A program made the position numbers and the translations under genes. Under the pieces are notes generated by a model. It ran no database searches. It saw only the letters and a program-made list of their open reading frames with translations, and was not told the origin of the DNA. From a virus, in IMG/VR virus record IMGVR_UViG_3300045988_131126: a DNA stretch of 64,000 nucleotides. One strand, given 5' to 3'. Shown piece after piece: positions 53,266 through 63,049 of the stretch; within the stretch, counting starts at the first letter, position 1; every line of letters begins with the position of its first letter.

Positions 53266-53664
53266 TCAAATATTTAAATAATCGTAATGTATATCAAATT
53301 TAATATATCCTTCTTCACCAATATTATCAATTGAAAGTACATAATCATCTGCAGTTATTAAAGTTTTCTCTTGTTTCCCGGTGTGTATATAATGTCCAAA
53401 GACAATATCAGTTTCTCCGTCTATATCAGATAATACTTTTTCTATATCTAATAAACGATTTATACTTGCACTATAAGATGGATTAGTATCATCATTAGAA
53501 AATGTAATTATCTTTTCTTCTTCTGAGTATCTATAATCGTTTATAGGAGCAACTATAGAAGAATTGTATTCACCATTAAATTTAAGAGAATACATTACAC
53601 TGTAATGTATTCTATCGTGTGTATCTAACGCTTTTATAATAGGTAATAACTCTTTTGCTTTCAT
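53266..53664 (-). CDS. hypothetical protein (132 aa)
   Basis: ATG at 53664 (MKAKELL...) with TGGAGGAAATTTAAT SD, directly after the upstream stop at 53666. Confidence 0.75.
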   Translation of the reverse strand: MKAKELLPIIKALDTHDRIHYSVMYSLKFNGEYNSSIVAPINDYRYSEEEKIITFSNDDTNPSYSASINRLLDIEKVLSDIDGETDIVFGHYIHTGKQEKTLITADDYVLSIDNIGEEGYIKFDIHYDYLNI

Positions 53665-53665
53665 A

Positions 53666-53998
53666 TTAAATTTCCTCCAAAAATTCTTCAGTCTCTTCAA
53701 GTTTCATTTTACATATTTCAGGATGCTCGGTATCGAAGAAATGAATGAATGGTCTTTCTTTTTCATATTCTTTACTATACATCCAACCATATGTTTTCCA
53801 ATATCTTTTTATATCATTTATGGTTTCCCATTTGGAATCTGATGAGTAAATACTAAAAAATCCATATTTTGCCGGATTTATAAAAACATATTCTTTCCCT
53901 ATAATTTTATTTCCAATCTCGAAATAATCATCTTCTATTAGAACATTTGGTCTTCTTTTTACTCTTATTACATATCCTTCTTTTAATGTAGTACTCAT
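53666..53998 (-). CDS. small hypothetical protein, paralog of 54000..54341
   Basis: TGGAGGAAATTTAAT SD. GYVIRVKRR...F.NPAKYG...FFDTEHPEI..MKLEETEEFLEEI is colinear with its neighbour. Confidence 0.78.
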   Translation of the reverse strand: MSTTLKEGYVIRVKRRPNVLIEDDYFEIGNKIIGKEYVFINPAKYGFFSIYSSDSKWETINDIKRYWKTYGWMYSKEYEKERPFIHFFDTEHPEICKMKLEETEEFLEEI

Positions 53999-53999
53999 A

Positions 54000-54341
54000 T
54001 TAAATTTCCTCCATAATCTCTGTTGTTCTAGTAATTTGTATCTTTACAATTTGCGGATGATCGATATCAAAATACGTTCCTATTTCCTTCATAATCATAG
54101 AATATTGATCATCTTCAATCATAAAAGATTTCTTACAAAAATTCCATAAGTTTTTCAATTCATTTATAGACAAATTTTGGCAATCTGGTATATATGGATA
54201 TTGTCCGAATTTGCCTAATCCTCGACGTGTAGGATTAAAATATAAATAATCTCCTTTCATTTCAAAATTGTCTTTTGGTAGTAAACATGCTCCTTTCTTT
54301 TTGAATCTTATAGCATAAGATTCAATAGTTGCTTTATCCAT
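54000..54341 (-). CDS. small hypothetical protein, paralog of 53666..53998
   Basis: AAGGAGGAATTACTT SD. SYAIRFKKK...YFNPTRRG...YFDIDHPQI..IQITRTTEIMEEI. Confidence 0.78.
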   Translation of the reverse strand: MDKATIESYAIRFKKKGACLLPKDNFEMKGDYLYFNPTRRGLGKFGQYPYIPDCQNLSINELKNLWNFCKKSFMIEDDQYSMIMKEIGTYFDIDHPQIVKIQITRTTEIMEEI

Positions 54342-54389
54342 AAGTAATTCCTCCTTGTATTTTATTCACGATTATAATATACAAAAGAA

Positions 54390-54416
54390 ATCCCATTTAC
54401 CATTGGTAAATGGGAT
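54390..54416 (-). terminator. hairpin terminator after ORF 54423..55244
   Basis: ATCCCATTTACC-ATT-GGTAAATGGGAT. Confidence 0.7.
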
Positions 54417-54422
54417 ATAATT

Positions 54423-55244
54423 TTAATAATAAATTTGATATGTAATATCAATACCTTTAGTTAAATCTCTTAAAGATTCATTACTAAAGTTTAATTTAGT
54501 TAATGGTTGGATATCTTGATATACTGTATATCCATCAATAGTTTTCGGATATGCTGTAAGTAAGGATATTGTATTAACTTCGCAATTATTAATACCTGTA
54601 GTAGCTTCATAATAATCTCTAAAATCATATTTATTTACAGACATAGTAAGCTCTACATATGTTCTAACTTTCTGTTTATTTTCGGATGTATATACATTTT
54701 CATCTACTGGAGTTCCATCCATATATATAGACTTACATATAGGATCAGCGTCGAACGCTTTAAAGAAGTAGGCAACTCTGTCTAATTCTTTTAATTCTTT
54801 TCTACCAAAATATTTCCCTCTTAATTCATCATTAAGATCATTATCAGAAATACAATATCTAAATGGAATTAAATGATCTTTATCAATCCATTTAGTATAG
54901 TCTACATCATAAATTTGAGAACCTTCTGGTCCACAACCATCCGTACCCATAGCGAATAATATTACTATTTCATTCAATTTTTCTTCCGGAGTTAATGCTA
55001 CAGTATTGTCAAGGTCTAATTCTTTATTGTAATTAGGTAGTTGTACAGGTAATTTAATACCAGGGAAATGCTTTTGTAATGTATAAAAAGATCCTGGTAA
55101 TATTACTTTGTTCCATTTTTCGAATATAACGGTATTAGTAATAGGATCTCTGGCTATAACTCGACCTTCATGTTGTGCGAAATGTACTTCATCTTCATTT
55201 ATTTGATAGCGAGGGATATCCTGAAACACTTTCTTTTTAATCAT
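54423..55244 (-). CDS. hypothetical protein (273 aa)
   Basis: ORF track. TGGAGGTTTAATATA SD. Confidence 0.78.
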   Translation of the reverse strand: MIKKKVFQDIPRYQINEDEVHFAQHEGRVIARDPITNTVIFEKWNKVILPGSFYTLQKHFPGIKLPVQLPNYNKELDLDNTVALTPEEKLNEIVILFAMGTDGCGPEGSQIYDVDYTKWIDKDHLIPFRYCISDNDLNDELRGKYFGRKELKELDRVAYFFKAFDADPICKSIYMDGTPVDENVYTSENKQKVRTYVELTMSVNKYDFRDYYEATTGINNCEVNTISLLTAYPKTIDGYTVYQDIQPLTKLNFSNESLRDLTKGIDITYQIYY

Positions 55245-55323
55245 TATATTAAACCTCCATTTATTCGTGTCTACAATTATAATTATGTTTCAGGCTATAA
55301 ATTCCTAGTATCGTAGAAAAAAT

Positions 55324-55353
55324 AAAGATGGGTGAAATATTTCACCCATCTTT
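55324..55353 (-). terminator. intrinsic terminator after ORF 55364..55960
   Basis: AAAGATGGGTGAAAT/ATTTCACCCATCTTT palindrome, with an A-run upstream on the plus strand. Confidence 0.75.
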
Positions 55354-55363
55354 ATACTACATT

Positions 55364-55960
55364 TTATTTTCTTTCAGGATGCATCATAGCATACTCATAA
55401 TTTCTATTATATAATCTCACATTATCATATACAGAATTTGTCAACGTATCTATCTGTTTCTTTATTGGAGAAAATTTATAGAGCTTATACGTATTACGGT
55501 TTTTCTCCTGATATTCTCCATATTTTATAATAATTAAATTTACAGCAGCATTGAAGTCTTCTAATAATTTATCGACTTCATATTTATAAACACCTTCAAG
55601 ATATTTTCTATCCGAATTATATAACGATAATCTTGTATTCATATAAACCAGATAAGAAAACTTTGAATTTGTCTCAATGGATAAGCTGTAGGATGTTGTT
55701 AAATCATCCTGTACAAATTCAACTCCAAATGTTTTATAAAAATTTGTTCTAAGAGTTGTTCTATAATTGATCTTTCTATTGATAGATCTTCTGTCATCGT
55801 CGGACAGATATTCTTCGTATTTATCAAGAAGCGGCTTAACTTTAGATAAGTCGTTATCGTTTACACTGTCAATAGTACAGATAATAGTGTCAACTACTTC
55901 TTTAATTTCTTTTTCTGTTGCTGGTACTTTTCCTTTTGATAAGATCTTCTGTTCACCCAT
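55364..55960 (-). CDS. hypothetical protein (198 aa)
   Basis: ORF track. AAGGAGGAAAGAAACA SD. 8-nt overlap with the upstream ORF. Confidence 0.78.
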   Translation of the reverse strand: MGEQKILSKGKVPATEKEIKEVVDTIICTIDSVNDNDLSKVKPLLDKYEEYLSDDDRRSINRKINYRTTLRTNFYKTFGVEFVQDDLTTSYSLSIETNSKFSYLVYMNTRLSLYNSDRKYLEGVYKYEVDKLLEDFNAAVNLIIIKYGEYQEKNRNTYKLYKFSPIKKQIDTLTNSVYDNVRLYNRNYEYAMMHPERK

Positions 55961-56420
55961 TGTTTCTTTCCTCCTTAAATTTCCCTGTTTCGATGTAATA
56001 TTTTACAATTTCAAAATCTCTTTCGTTTAAGATATTTCCTAAACAAGTAGATTTATCAAATTGCATTCCTGCTAATCCTACTAATTTTTTAATGGAATGG
56101 CATACTGTTATCACCTGCCATGTAGGTAGCTTAGTAAAACAAATTTCTTCATAGTCATTTATTATATTCAATAAAGTGCTACTATGAATAGAAATTTGTT
56201 TGATGGTACACATATCTGTCTTAGTTTCGATATGTTTTGACAGTATCTTTAATGTAAAAGATATATGTGTCATCAAATTAATATAAGCTACACAATTTTC
56301 TTTATATAATGAATTTAATTCATTATAATACTTATTGTACAACTTATCACAGATCTCTTTTATTTTGTTTGTATCGTTTGTCCATGCTAGATCTGCAAGA
56401 AGCATTATGTCATTTGACAT
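55953..56420 (-). CDS. hypothetical protein (155 aa)
   Basis: ORF track. AAAGGAGAATATAA SD. Confidence 0.78.
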   Translation of the reverse strand: MSNDIMLLADLAWTNDTNKIKEICDKLYNKYYNELNSLYKENCVAYINLMTHISFTLKILSKHIETKTDMCTIKQISIHSSTLLNIINDYEEICFTKLPTWQVITVCHSIKKLVGLAGMQFDKSTCLGNILNERDFEIVKYYIETGKFKEERNNG

Positions 56421-56531
56421 TTATATTCTCCTTTCTTTTGTATTTTAATAGATATTCTTAATCATTCTGAATACTATCAATATTATAATATATTATTTTA
56501 ATAATTTATTATTACATTCTGAGCTATTAAG

Positions 56532-56561
56532 AACCCCATATATCTATAGATATATGGGGTT
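56532..56561 (-). terminator. hairpin terminator after ORF 56566..59124
   Basis: AACCCCATATATCTA/TAGATATATGGGGTT palindrome. Confidence 0.65.
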
Positions 56562-56565
56562 TATT

Positions 56566-59124
56566 TTAATCTAAATATACATAGTCTTCTATCAAACAGC
56601 TATCTTTAAACGTAATTTTTGTATTGCTTCTCATATTATCAGCATTTCTTATATACTCTTCCCATTCGTATGTATGAATAAATGATTCTAATTTATCCTC
56701 TATACTTATAGTATCATCATATACGATGGTTATTAATAGATTAACTATCTTGTCAAATACAGGAATAAATTCGTTTGGTATAAACGGTTTGAACCAATAG
56801 ATATCCATATACATTTTATCTTTAGGTACGCATTTACTCATATAAGTAATATGATTTAAGAAATGTTTAAAATCATCAGATTTAATATACTCAGGGAATT
56901 CTTCTGATACATTATAAATCATATCATCTATTACAGGTATTCTATTTTCATATATATCATCGAATATATACATATTATTTGTATGGATCAGATCTACTTT
57001 GTGGGACTTAAAAAACATTATTACTTCAAATAAGTATTCTTTAATATAATCTAATGACACAGTAGGTATATTCTGGAATATATATTTAAACTCATCTCTA
57101 TCTATATATAAATATATATTTTCTGTAATATAATTTATATATTTAGATATCTCCAATTGTCTTTCACTTTTCTTAGTAATAGATTCACATTTCTTTATTA
57201 TTGTATATAATGGAGCGCACTTATCTCCTAATACTTCTCTATAAGTTTTAGGAGGTTTTCCATTGTTTCCATATTTATTAAAGTATCCAAAATTGCATTT
57301 AGTTATGAATAATGCTTCATATAAATCGTGATATATATCCCACTCTCTTCTATTATTAGCATTATACATAGCTTCTTGTAAATATTTGTACACTTTCTTA
57401 TTGGATCTATATACTTCTACTAATTGATCAAAAGATAATATAGTATTAGGATTTTTAAATCCACTTATTCCTACATCTTCTGGTGTTAATCCTTTATTAG
57501 CTAAATCAGAAGTTATTAATTCCATATTAGCTTCAAAATTAAAGCCTTTTATAGCTAACGCTTGCACTGGATCGTAGATAATATTATCTTGTGTTTCGTT
57601 ATATAAATACATCAGACTATATAAGCATATCATTAAATCTACTAATTCAAATTCTGTTTTACTATTTAATTCTGGTACTTGTAGTTTTACCATAGTTAAA
57701 TCTATATCAGAATACAGAATCATATTAATGAAATATGCTAATTGGAATGACATTTCTGCTACAGAATATATTGCTGATACTGATATATATTTAGTAATTC
57801 TAGCATTAAATATTCTTTCGGATATAGTATGCTTTACAAATTCTTTAGTATAAAATCCTTGCCAATATATATCTTCTCCAGCAATATCGTCATATTTCTT
57901 CCAATTTCTTTTATCTCTTACACATTCATCAAAACTACTATTCTCAAATGGCACTTTTAAGAAAGTTAATTCATAATTATTATCAACGTCATCTATATCA
58001 TCTCCTGTTTTAGGATCTTCTATGACGTCATTTCTATATTCTCCATTTTCATCAAATAATGGTACTTTCATTAACCAATATTTGAATAATTGGATATTAT
58101 CAAAACCGAATAATTTAGATATATCTATCAGGTTCTTATCACATGATTTATATTTAATTAATCTATTTAAATTCTTTACTAATCTTTTCTGATATTTTAA
58201 TGGTATATCAGGGAAGAATTCTACACCACATGAATCGAATATATATTGTATAGTACGTAAATCAAATACATCTCTTCTTATGATATATTCTGGTGCTCTT
58301 ATAATCATATCATCAAAAGCCTGTACTATAATCATTATCATCATTATTCTATCATAGTATTTATTTCTATATTTATATGCATCAGAATAAGAAGTTTGCA
58401 AAAAATAAACTCTATTTATTTCGAGTCTTTCCACAAACTTATTGTATACTTCAGTAGTTTCTACTGGAGGAATATATAATACTGAAAACTTTTGTGCTCT
58501 TCTAGCAAAATTAGGATCTATTTTCTTTTCTCCTAAATGCCATAAATACTTACATTTTAAATCACCGTTATCATCTAACGTATCTTTATACATTGATTTA
58601 TATTTATCTATTATACCAAATGCTTCTAATATAAGTATTTGATCATTAGTCATTTTATGTATTGGATTTCCATCATTCTCAAAATTTACTGTTATAGTAT
58701 CTAGATCTTCTCTAGTTAAATATATACCAGGATCTCCTACATTAGGTAATCCATTAAGCATTCTATAATAATTATTTAATTCTTCATAATTCTCTAAAAA
58801 TCGATTTTTAGCTAACTCAGTCAATTGAGGTTTGATACTATCAGGAATAAGAGAATTGTCACGAGCATATGTAAGACAATCTCTACGGGATAGTGTTGGT
58901 ATTCTTTTTAATAGTAATATGTCATATTTAAACATGGTAAAATTATAAGTACCTCTTATAATATTAGCATATATATCAGACTGTCTTAAAGATTCTACTG
59001 TTTCATTTTCATCAGCTCTTGTTTCATCCTTTAATATCAATCCATTCATCATTATCTGACATTGATATATGATCTCGTCTAATAGAGGATATTCAGACGC
59101 CTGTTTGCGAATTTCTTTGTCCAT
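56566..59124 (-). CDS. large hypothetical protein (852 aa)
   Basis: An uninterrupted 2.56 kb frame. AGAGGAGAATAATGCA SD. No motif recognised. Confidence 0.8.
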   Translation of the reverse strand: MDKEIRKQASEYPLLDEIIYQCQIMMNGLILKDETRADENETVESLRQSDIYANIIRGTYNFTMFKYDILLLKRIPTLSRRDCLTYARDNSLIPDSIKPQLTELAKNRFLENYEELNNYYRMLNGLPNVGDPGIYLTREDLDTITVNFENDGNPIHKMTNDQILILEAFGIIDKYKSMYKDTLDDNGDLKCKYLWHLGEKKIDPNFARRAQKFSVLYIPPVETTEVYNKFVERLEINRVYFLQTSYSDAYKYRNKYYDRIMMIMIIVQAFDDMIIRAPEYIIRRDVFDLRTIQYIFDSCGVEFFPDIPLKYQKRLVKNLNRLIKYKSCDKNLIDISKLFGFDNIQLFKYWLMKVPLFDENGEYRNDVIEDPKTGDDIDDVDNNYELTFLKVPFENSSFDECVRDKRNWKKYDDIAGEDIYWQGFYTKEFVKHTISERIFNARITKYISVSAIYSVAEMSFQLAYFINMILYSDIDLTMVKLQVPELNSKTEFELVDLMICLYSLMYLYNETQDNIIYDPVQALAIKGFNFEANMELITSDLANKGLTPEDVGISGFKNPNTILSFDQLVEVYRSNKKVYKYLQEAMYNANNRREWDIYHDLYEALFITKCNFGYFNKYGNNGKPPKTYREVLGDKCAPLYTIIKKCESITKKSERQLEISKYINYITENIYLYIDRDEFKYIFQNIPTVSLDYIKEYLFEVIMFFKSHKVDLIHTNNMYIFDDIYENRIPVIDDMIYNVSEEFPEYIKSDDFKHFLNHITYMSKCVPKDKMYMDIYWFKPFIPNEFIPVFDKIVNLLITIVYDDTISIEDKLESFIHTYEWEEYIRNADNMRSNTKITFKDSCLIEDYVYLD

Positions 59125-59178
59125 TGCATTATTCTCCTCTTCTCATAATATTACATAAATGTGCTAATCATATAAAAG

Positions 59179-59207
59179 AATCCACTATATCTAAGATATA
59201 GTGGATT
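59179..59207 (-). terminator. hairpin terminator after ORF 59215..60150
   Basis: AATCCACTATATCT-A-AGATATAGTGGATT. Confidence 0.7.
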
Positions 59208-59214
59208 AAAATAT

Positions 59215-60150
59215 TTATAAATTAATGTAATGTGGCTCATTACGATTTAATTCCGTTTTGTTTACTTTATTAATATTTACGCCTTGTAAAGGTCTTAAGT
59301 TTCCCACATATTTTTCTATTATTGAAATATTTTTATTACAAAGAGCTATTTGTTTTGATACTAATTCAACAGGTTTAAGTGCATAAAATTTTATATTACT
59401 GGAAATATTAGTTATACTCATAGCGGCATTGATACGATTATTAGCTTTAGAATCTTCGCTATTTTTTTCATCCTCTTTTTCCCATTTTTTACATAACTTT
59501 TCCGCATTCTCCAATGTAGATAACACATTATCGTAATTTGATTTCGCCAATTTCAAAAGTTTTTCTGCTTCGTCTAAGTCTTTTTCTATATTTTCGAAAT
59601 GTTTTTTATCAATATAATTGAGATCTACTGCTCTGTAATAATCTTTTTCATCAAAAGTTCTTTTACCTGGAACTAAGTTTTCAAAATTACCAATACCACT
59701 AAATTTAATTTTAAATTTTTTATGGTCTTCTTCAAATTCCTCATTAGAATTATAATTGTATTTGTCAACTTTATTTACAAACTCTGCAAATATACTTAAA
59801 GTATTTTTTGTTGTGTTTACCATTTCTTTACATAATCCTATGCCTCTTGGAGTTATATATTCATATGTAACGTCGACTTTAATTTTTTTACCTTTATCGA
59901 ATCTCTTTCTTAAACGGGTATTTTTTATTTTCCCATTTTTGATTTTATTAAATAATTCTGGAATTTTCTTTGTAAATAAATCTTTAATAAATTCTATTAT
60001 TTCTTTTAATTTACTAATCGCAAAACCCCATGCTTTTTTTGCAACAGATTTTACATCTTCTTGCACATATTGTGCTGATTCGAGAGCTATACTCAATATC
60101 TCTATTTGTCCTTGATCGTAGAGATAATCACTTTCTAATAAATAATCCAT
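59215..60150 (-). CDS. K/E-rich hypothetical protein, MDY(L/I)xE family
   Basis: AAAGGAGAATATAGAA SD. N-terminus MDYLLESDYLYDQGQIEILS is shared with ORFs 61188..62033 and 62106..63044. Confidence 0.78.
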   Translation of the reverse strand: MDYLLESDYLYDQGQIEILSIALESAQYVQEDVKSVAKKAWGFAISKLKEIIEFIKDLFTKKIPELFNKIKNGKIKNTRLRKRFDKGKKIKVDVTYEYITPRGIGLCKEMVNTTKNTLSIFAEFVNKVDKYNYNSNEEFEEDHKKFKIKFSGIGNFENLVPGKRTFDEKDYYRAVDLNYIDKKHFENIEKDLDEAEKLLKLAKSNYDNVLSTLENAEKLCKKWEKEDEKNSEDSKANNRINAAMSITNISSNIKFYALKPVELVSKQIALCNKNISIIEKYVGNLRPLQGVNINKVNKTELNRNEPHYINL

Positions 60151-60220
60151 TTCTATATTCTCCTTTACAATAATCTATTAATTGATTGTGAAAAAATAAA
60201 ATTATTTAATTATTAAAAAT

Positions 60221-60248
60221 AAGGGGTAGAGAATATTCTCTACCCCTT
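60221..60248 (-). terminator. intrinsic terminator after ORF 60254..60553
   Basis: AAGGGGTAGAGAAT/ATTCTCTACCCCTT palindrome, with ATTTTTAATA following on the minus strand. Confidence 0.75.
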
Positions 60249-60253
60249 ATATA

Positions 60254-60553
60254 TTATAGTCCTATTTTATTCATGGCCAATATAGCCATTTTGTTATATT
60301 TAGTACCGCCTTGATCTCTTCCTAAATAAGGAATGCCATCCATAGGTACATCGTATCTCAATGAGAAATAATCCATTATGTCTTTCTCGTTATTGTAGTT
60401 TTTGTCATTCTCACATCTAGCAACGTAAGAATTGACTACACCCACCTTCTCAGGTGTGTTCATTTGATCATAGTTGTCTTCGAGATTTATTTGTGAATCC
60501 CATAAATCTCCTATAGTTTTAATATTATTATTTTTAAATGAATAATTAGACAT
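60254..60553 (-). CDS. hypothetical protein (99 aa)
   Basis: ATG at 60553 (MSNYSFKNN...) with AAAGGAGGACATTATT SD. The track's N-terminal extension lacks an SD. Confidence 0.75.
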   Translation of the reverse strand: MSNYSFKNNNIKTIGDLWDSQINLEDNYDQMNTPEKVGVVNSYVARCENDKNYNNEKDIMDYFSLRYDVPMDGIPYLGRDQGGTKYNKMAILAMNKIGL

Positions 60554-60657
60554 AATAATGTCCTCCTTTGTAATAATATTAATATAGCTATTCAACCATA
60601 TCAATATAATAATATACAATTATATATTTCTTATTGTACACTTTTAGGGAGGATAAA

Positions 60658-60687
60658 AGCATCATAACCCAATATGGTTATGATGCT
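60658..60687 (-). terminator. hairpin overlapping the 3' end of ORF 60678..61115
   Basis: AGCATCATAACC-CAATAT-GGTTATGATGCT. Confidence 0.6.
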
Positions 60688-61115
60688 TCGTTCTGATTTG
60701 GCGTAGTGTTTATTTCGGTAGCATAAGATATTACTGCTAGTTGTATTTTTTCATATATTATGTCTTCTAATTTCTGATCATTATAAATATATTTTAGCTT
60801 CTGTAATTGCAATTGAGATATATTATTAAGAATTTTAGTTAATATATATTTTTCCATATTAGAAATATTTTCATCAGACATATATTGAATACCATTAGGT
60901 TCATTTACTATAATATGATATTTGCTGACTTCTTCAGTTATCATTAAATCTATAATATCAAAATCTTCTTTTTTAGGTTCTATAGTCATTTCTAATTTTA
61001 ATAATTCTAAATCATTTTTCTGATGTAAAGAATTCGTTATGCTTACCATTAATATTAAAATTGTTATAGAAAAGCATAATATTATTGATAAAATTATAAG
61101 ATATATGTAATCCAT
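60678..61115 (-). CDS. N-terminally membrane-anchored protein (145 aa)
   Basis: CGGGAGGGTAGAAT SD. MDYIYLIILSIILCFSITILILMV anchor. Confidence 0.75.
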   Translation of the reverse strand: MDYIYLIILSIILCFSITILILMVSITNSLHQKNDLELLKLEMTIEPKKEDFDIIDLMITEEVSKYHIIVNEPNGIQYMSDENISNMEKYILTKILNNISQLQLQKLKYIYNDQKLEDIIYEKIQLAVISYATEINTTPNQNEAS

Positions 61116-61142
61116 ATTCTACCCTCCCGATTTATCGTATTT

Positions 61143-61187
61143 ACAAATAATTAATATATTAATATGTAAAGTGAGGTTATAAAATAT
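61143..61187 (+). promoter_or_regulatory. duplicated upstream leader/promoter region of MDY-family gene
   Basis: TACAAATAATTAATATA ... GTAAAGTGAGGTTATAAAATAT. The same blocks recur at 62063..62105, upstream of the next paralog. Confidence 0.4.
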
Positions 61188-62033
61188 ATGGACTACTTAA
61201 TGGAAGCAGATATATACCGATATAATTGCGAAATAAATATATTAAGTGAAACTGCAATTTGCTATATAAACGAAGATAATAAACTTGAAAAAGTAGCACA
61301 TATTATTGCAGAAAATCTAAAAAAGATCATAGAAAAAATAAAGGAATTTATTCGTGATGTGATAAAACCGAAAATAAAGAAAATCAAAGATAAAATAACA
61401 GAAATAAAGACTAAAAATATTGCTAAAAAATTTGAAAATAATAAAGAAATAAAAATAAGAAATATTGCTAATGCGTCATTCCGTGAATTAGATCCTAAAT
61501 TAGAACCAGCTGTAACAGAATTATTAGAGAATGCTGATAATATAAGTAATACAATGGAACTATTTGTGAAAAAATTTACTTTTGCTAAAGATGAAAGTAA
61601 TTTGCAAGAATATTTTACGAAATACCAAAATGACACACAAAAATTTCTCGAATTAAAGCATATAGATAAAAATGATGTAGAAAGCAATCCTTTTCCAATA
61701 GAAAAGTATAATAAAATAATAAAAATAAAATCTTTCAGTAAAACTGATTATGAAAAATATACTAAAGATCTCGAATCTATGAGTAAATTTTATGATAATA
61801 TAAATAAAAAATATGATACATTTACAGAAAGATTAGATAACGTATATGGTATTATTCTCAAAAATAATAATAATACGGTACTTCCGACTAATATAGTAAA
61901 TTTGATTATGGAACATATTAATATTAGTCGTAGATATATGGGAGTTGCAAGAAATATAATAGATAACAGAATATCGTGCGATGCAAATAATATTAAACTT
62001 ATGGAATTATGTTTGGGAAAAGATGAAGCATAG
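61188..62033 (+). CDS. K/E-rich hypothetical protein, MDY(L/I)xE family
   Basis: GTGAGGTTATAAAATAT SD region. N-terminus MDYLMEADIYRYNCEINILS. Confidence 0.78.
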   Translation: MDYLMEADIYRYNCEINILSETAICYINEDNKLEKVAHIIAENLKKIIEKIKEFIRDVIKPKIKKIKDKITEIKTKNIAKKFENNKEIKIRNIANASFRELDPKLEPAVTELLENADNISNTMELFVKKFTFAKDESNLQEYFTKYQNDTQKFLELKHIDKNDVESNPFPIEKYNKIIKIKSFSKTDYEKYTKDLESMSKFYDNINKKYDTFTERLDNVYGIILKNNNNTVLPTNIVNLIMEHINISRRYMGVARNIIDNRISCDANNIKLMELCLGKDEA

Positions 62034-62049
62034 ATACTTAGTATCTATC
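62031..62049 (+). terminator. short hairpin at the stop of ORF 61188..62033
   Basis: ATAGATAC-TTA-GTATCTAT. The T-tract is weak. Confidence 0.4.
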
Positions 62050-62062
62050 TCAATTTATCATC

Positions 62063-62105
62063 TACAAATAATTAATATACAAAGTAAGTGAGGTTATAAA
62101 ATATT
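62063..62105 (+). promoter_or_regulatory. duplicated upstream leader/promoter region of MDY-family gene
   Basis: TACAAATAATTAATATA ... GTAAGTGAGGTTATAAAATAT, matching 61143..61187. Confidence 0.4.
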
Positions 62106-63044
62106 ATGGATTATATAATGGAAACAGAATTGCTTAATTATGAAACGCAAATAAATATGCTCAAAGAAGCAGCTTATAGTACTCGCATAGACGAATCTTT
62201 GATTACTGAGGAATTTTCTATCAAGAAAGCATGGGACTCTTTTGTAAAATGGCTTAAAGAAAAAGTAGGTCCGATAATTAAAAAATTATTCAATTGGGGT
62301 AAAGAAGTGGTATCTTCTGAAGAAAAGAAAGATGAAAAAGCAAAAGAAGATATAGATTTTATATTAAAATATCAAAACCAAATGAAAAATGCTTATGCCG
62401 GAAATGCCATAGAAAAGAAAAAAATATGTCTGTATGCGCTTGATGCGAACTCTGAAGAACCGGTAGTGGATATTGTAGTGAGAAATGATACTTCTCCAAT
62501 AGATGTCCACATATTCGGACTTAAACGAAGTTCTTTCATATTGAAAACAATACTTGGAATGAGTAATGAAAAATTTGAAGAAGAAAAAAAAGAGCATATG
62601 AAAAAACAAGAAGAAATAAATAAATTGAAAATAAACGATATTGAAAAATGTTTTTACAAAAAAGAAATTAGGGATGACTGGTTGATCAACGATGCCTACT
62701 ATATCACAAATTCTATGAAACGTATAGTCGAAGATAAAAATGGTATTAAAGACGCAGAGAAAAATCTCAGTGCAATAAATGATATATATTACTCCATGCA
62801 GAAAGAGGTAAATGATTTTGATAAAAAATATGGAGGCAGTCCAGATGAAGGGGTTAAAAATACTATAGCTTATGGAAATATGGTTGTTAAAGAAATTATC
62901 GATACGGGAACTGTTATTAGAACTTGTATCCAATTATACAAAAAAGATAAAGATCATCAATATATGTTTTTAAAACAAGTTAAAGCTTTAATGAAAGAAG
63001 CACTCGATAGAGGAGAATCTGTAGCTGTTCCTGATTTTGCATAA
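62106..63044 (+). CDS. K/E-rich hypothetical protein, MDY(L/I)xE family
   Basis: Same GTGAGGTTATAAAATAT leader as the previous gene. N-terminus MDYIMETELLNYETQINMLK. Confidence 0.78.
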   Translation: MDYIMETELLNYETQINMLKEAAYSTRIDESLITEEFSIKKAWDSFVKWLKEKVGPIIKKLFNWGKEVVSSEEKKDEKAKEDIDFILKYQNQMKNAYAGNAIEKKKICLYALDANSEEPVVDIVVRNDTSPIDVHIFGLKRSSFILKTILGMSNEKFEEEKKEHMKKQEEINKLKINDIEKCFYKKEIRDDWLINDAYYITNSMKRIVEDKNGIKDAEKNLSAINDIYYSMQKEVNDFDKKYGGSPDEGVKNTIAYGNMVVKEIIDTGTVIRTCIQLYKKDKDHQYMFLKQVKALMKEALDRGESVAVPDFA

Positions 63045-63049
63045 TTTAT

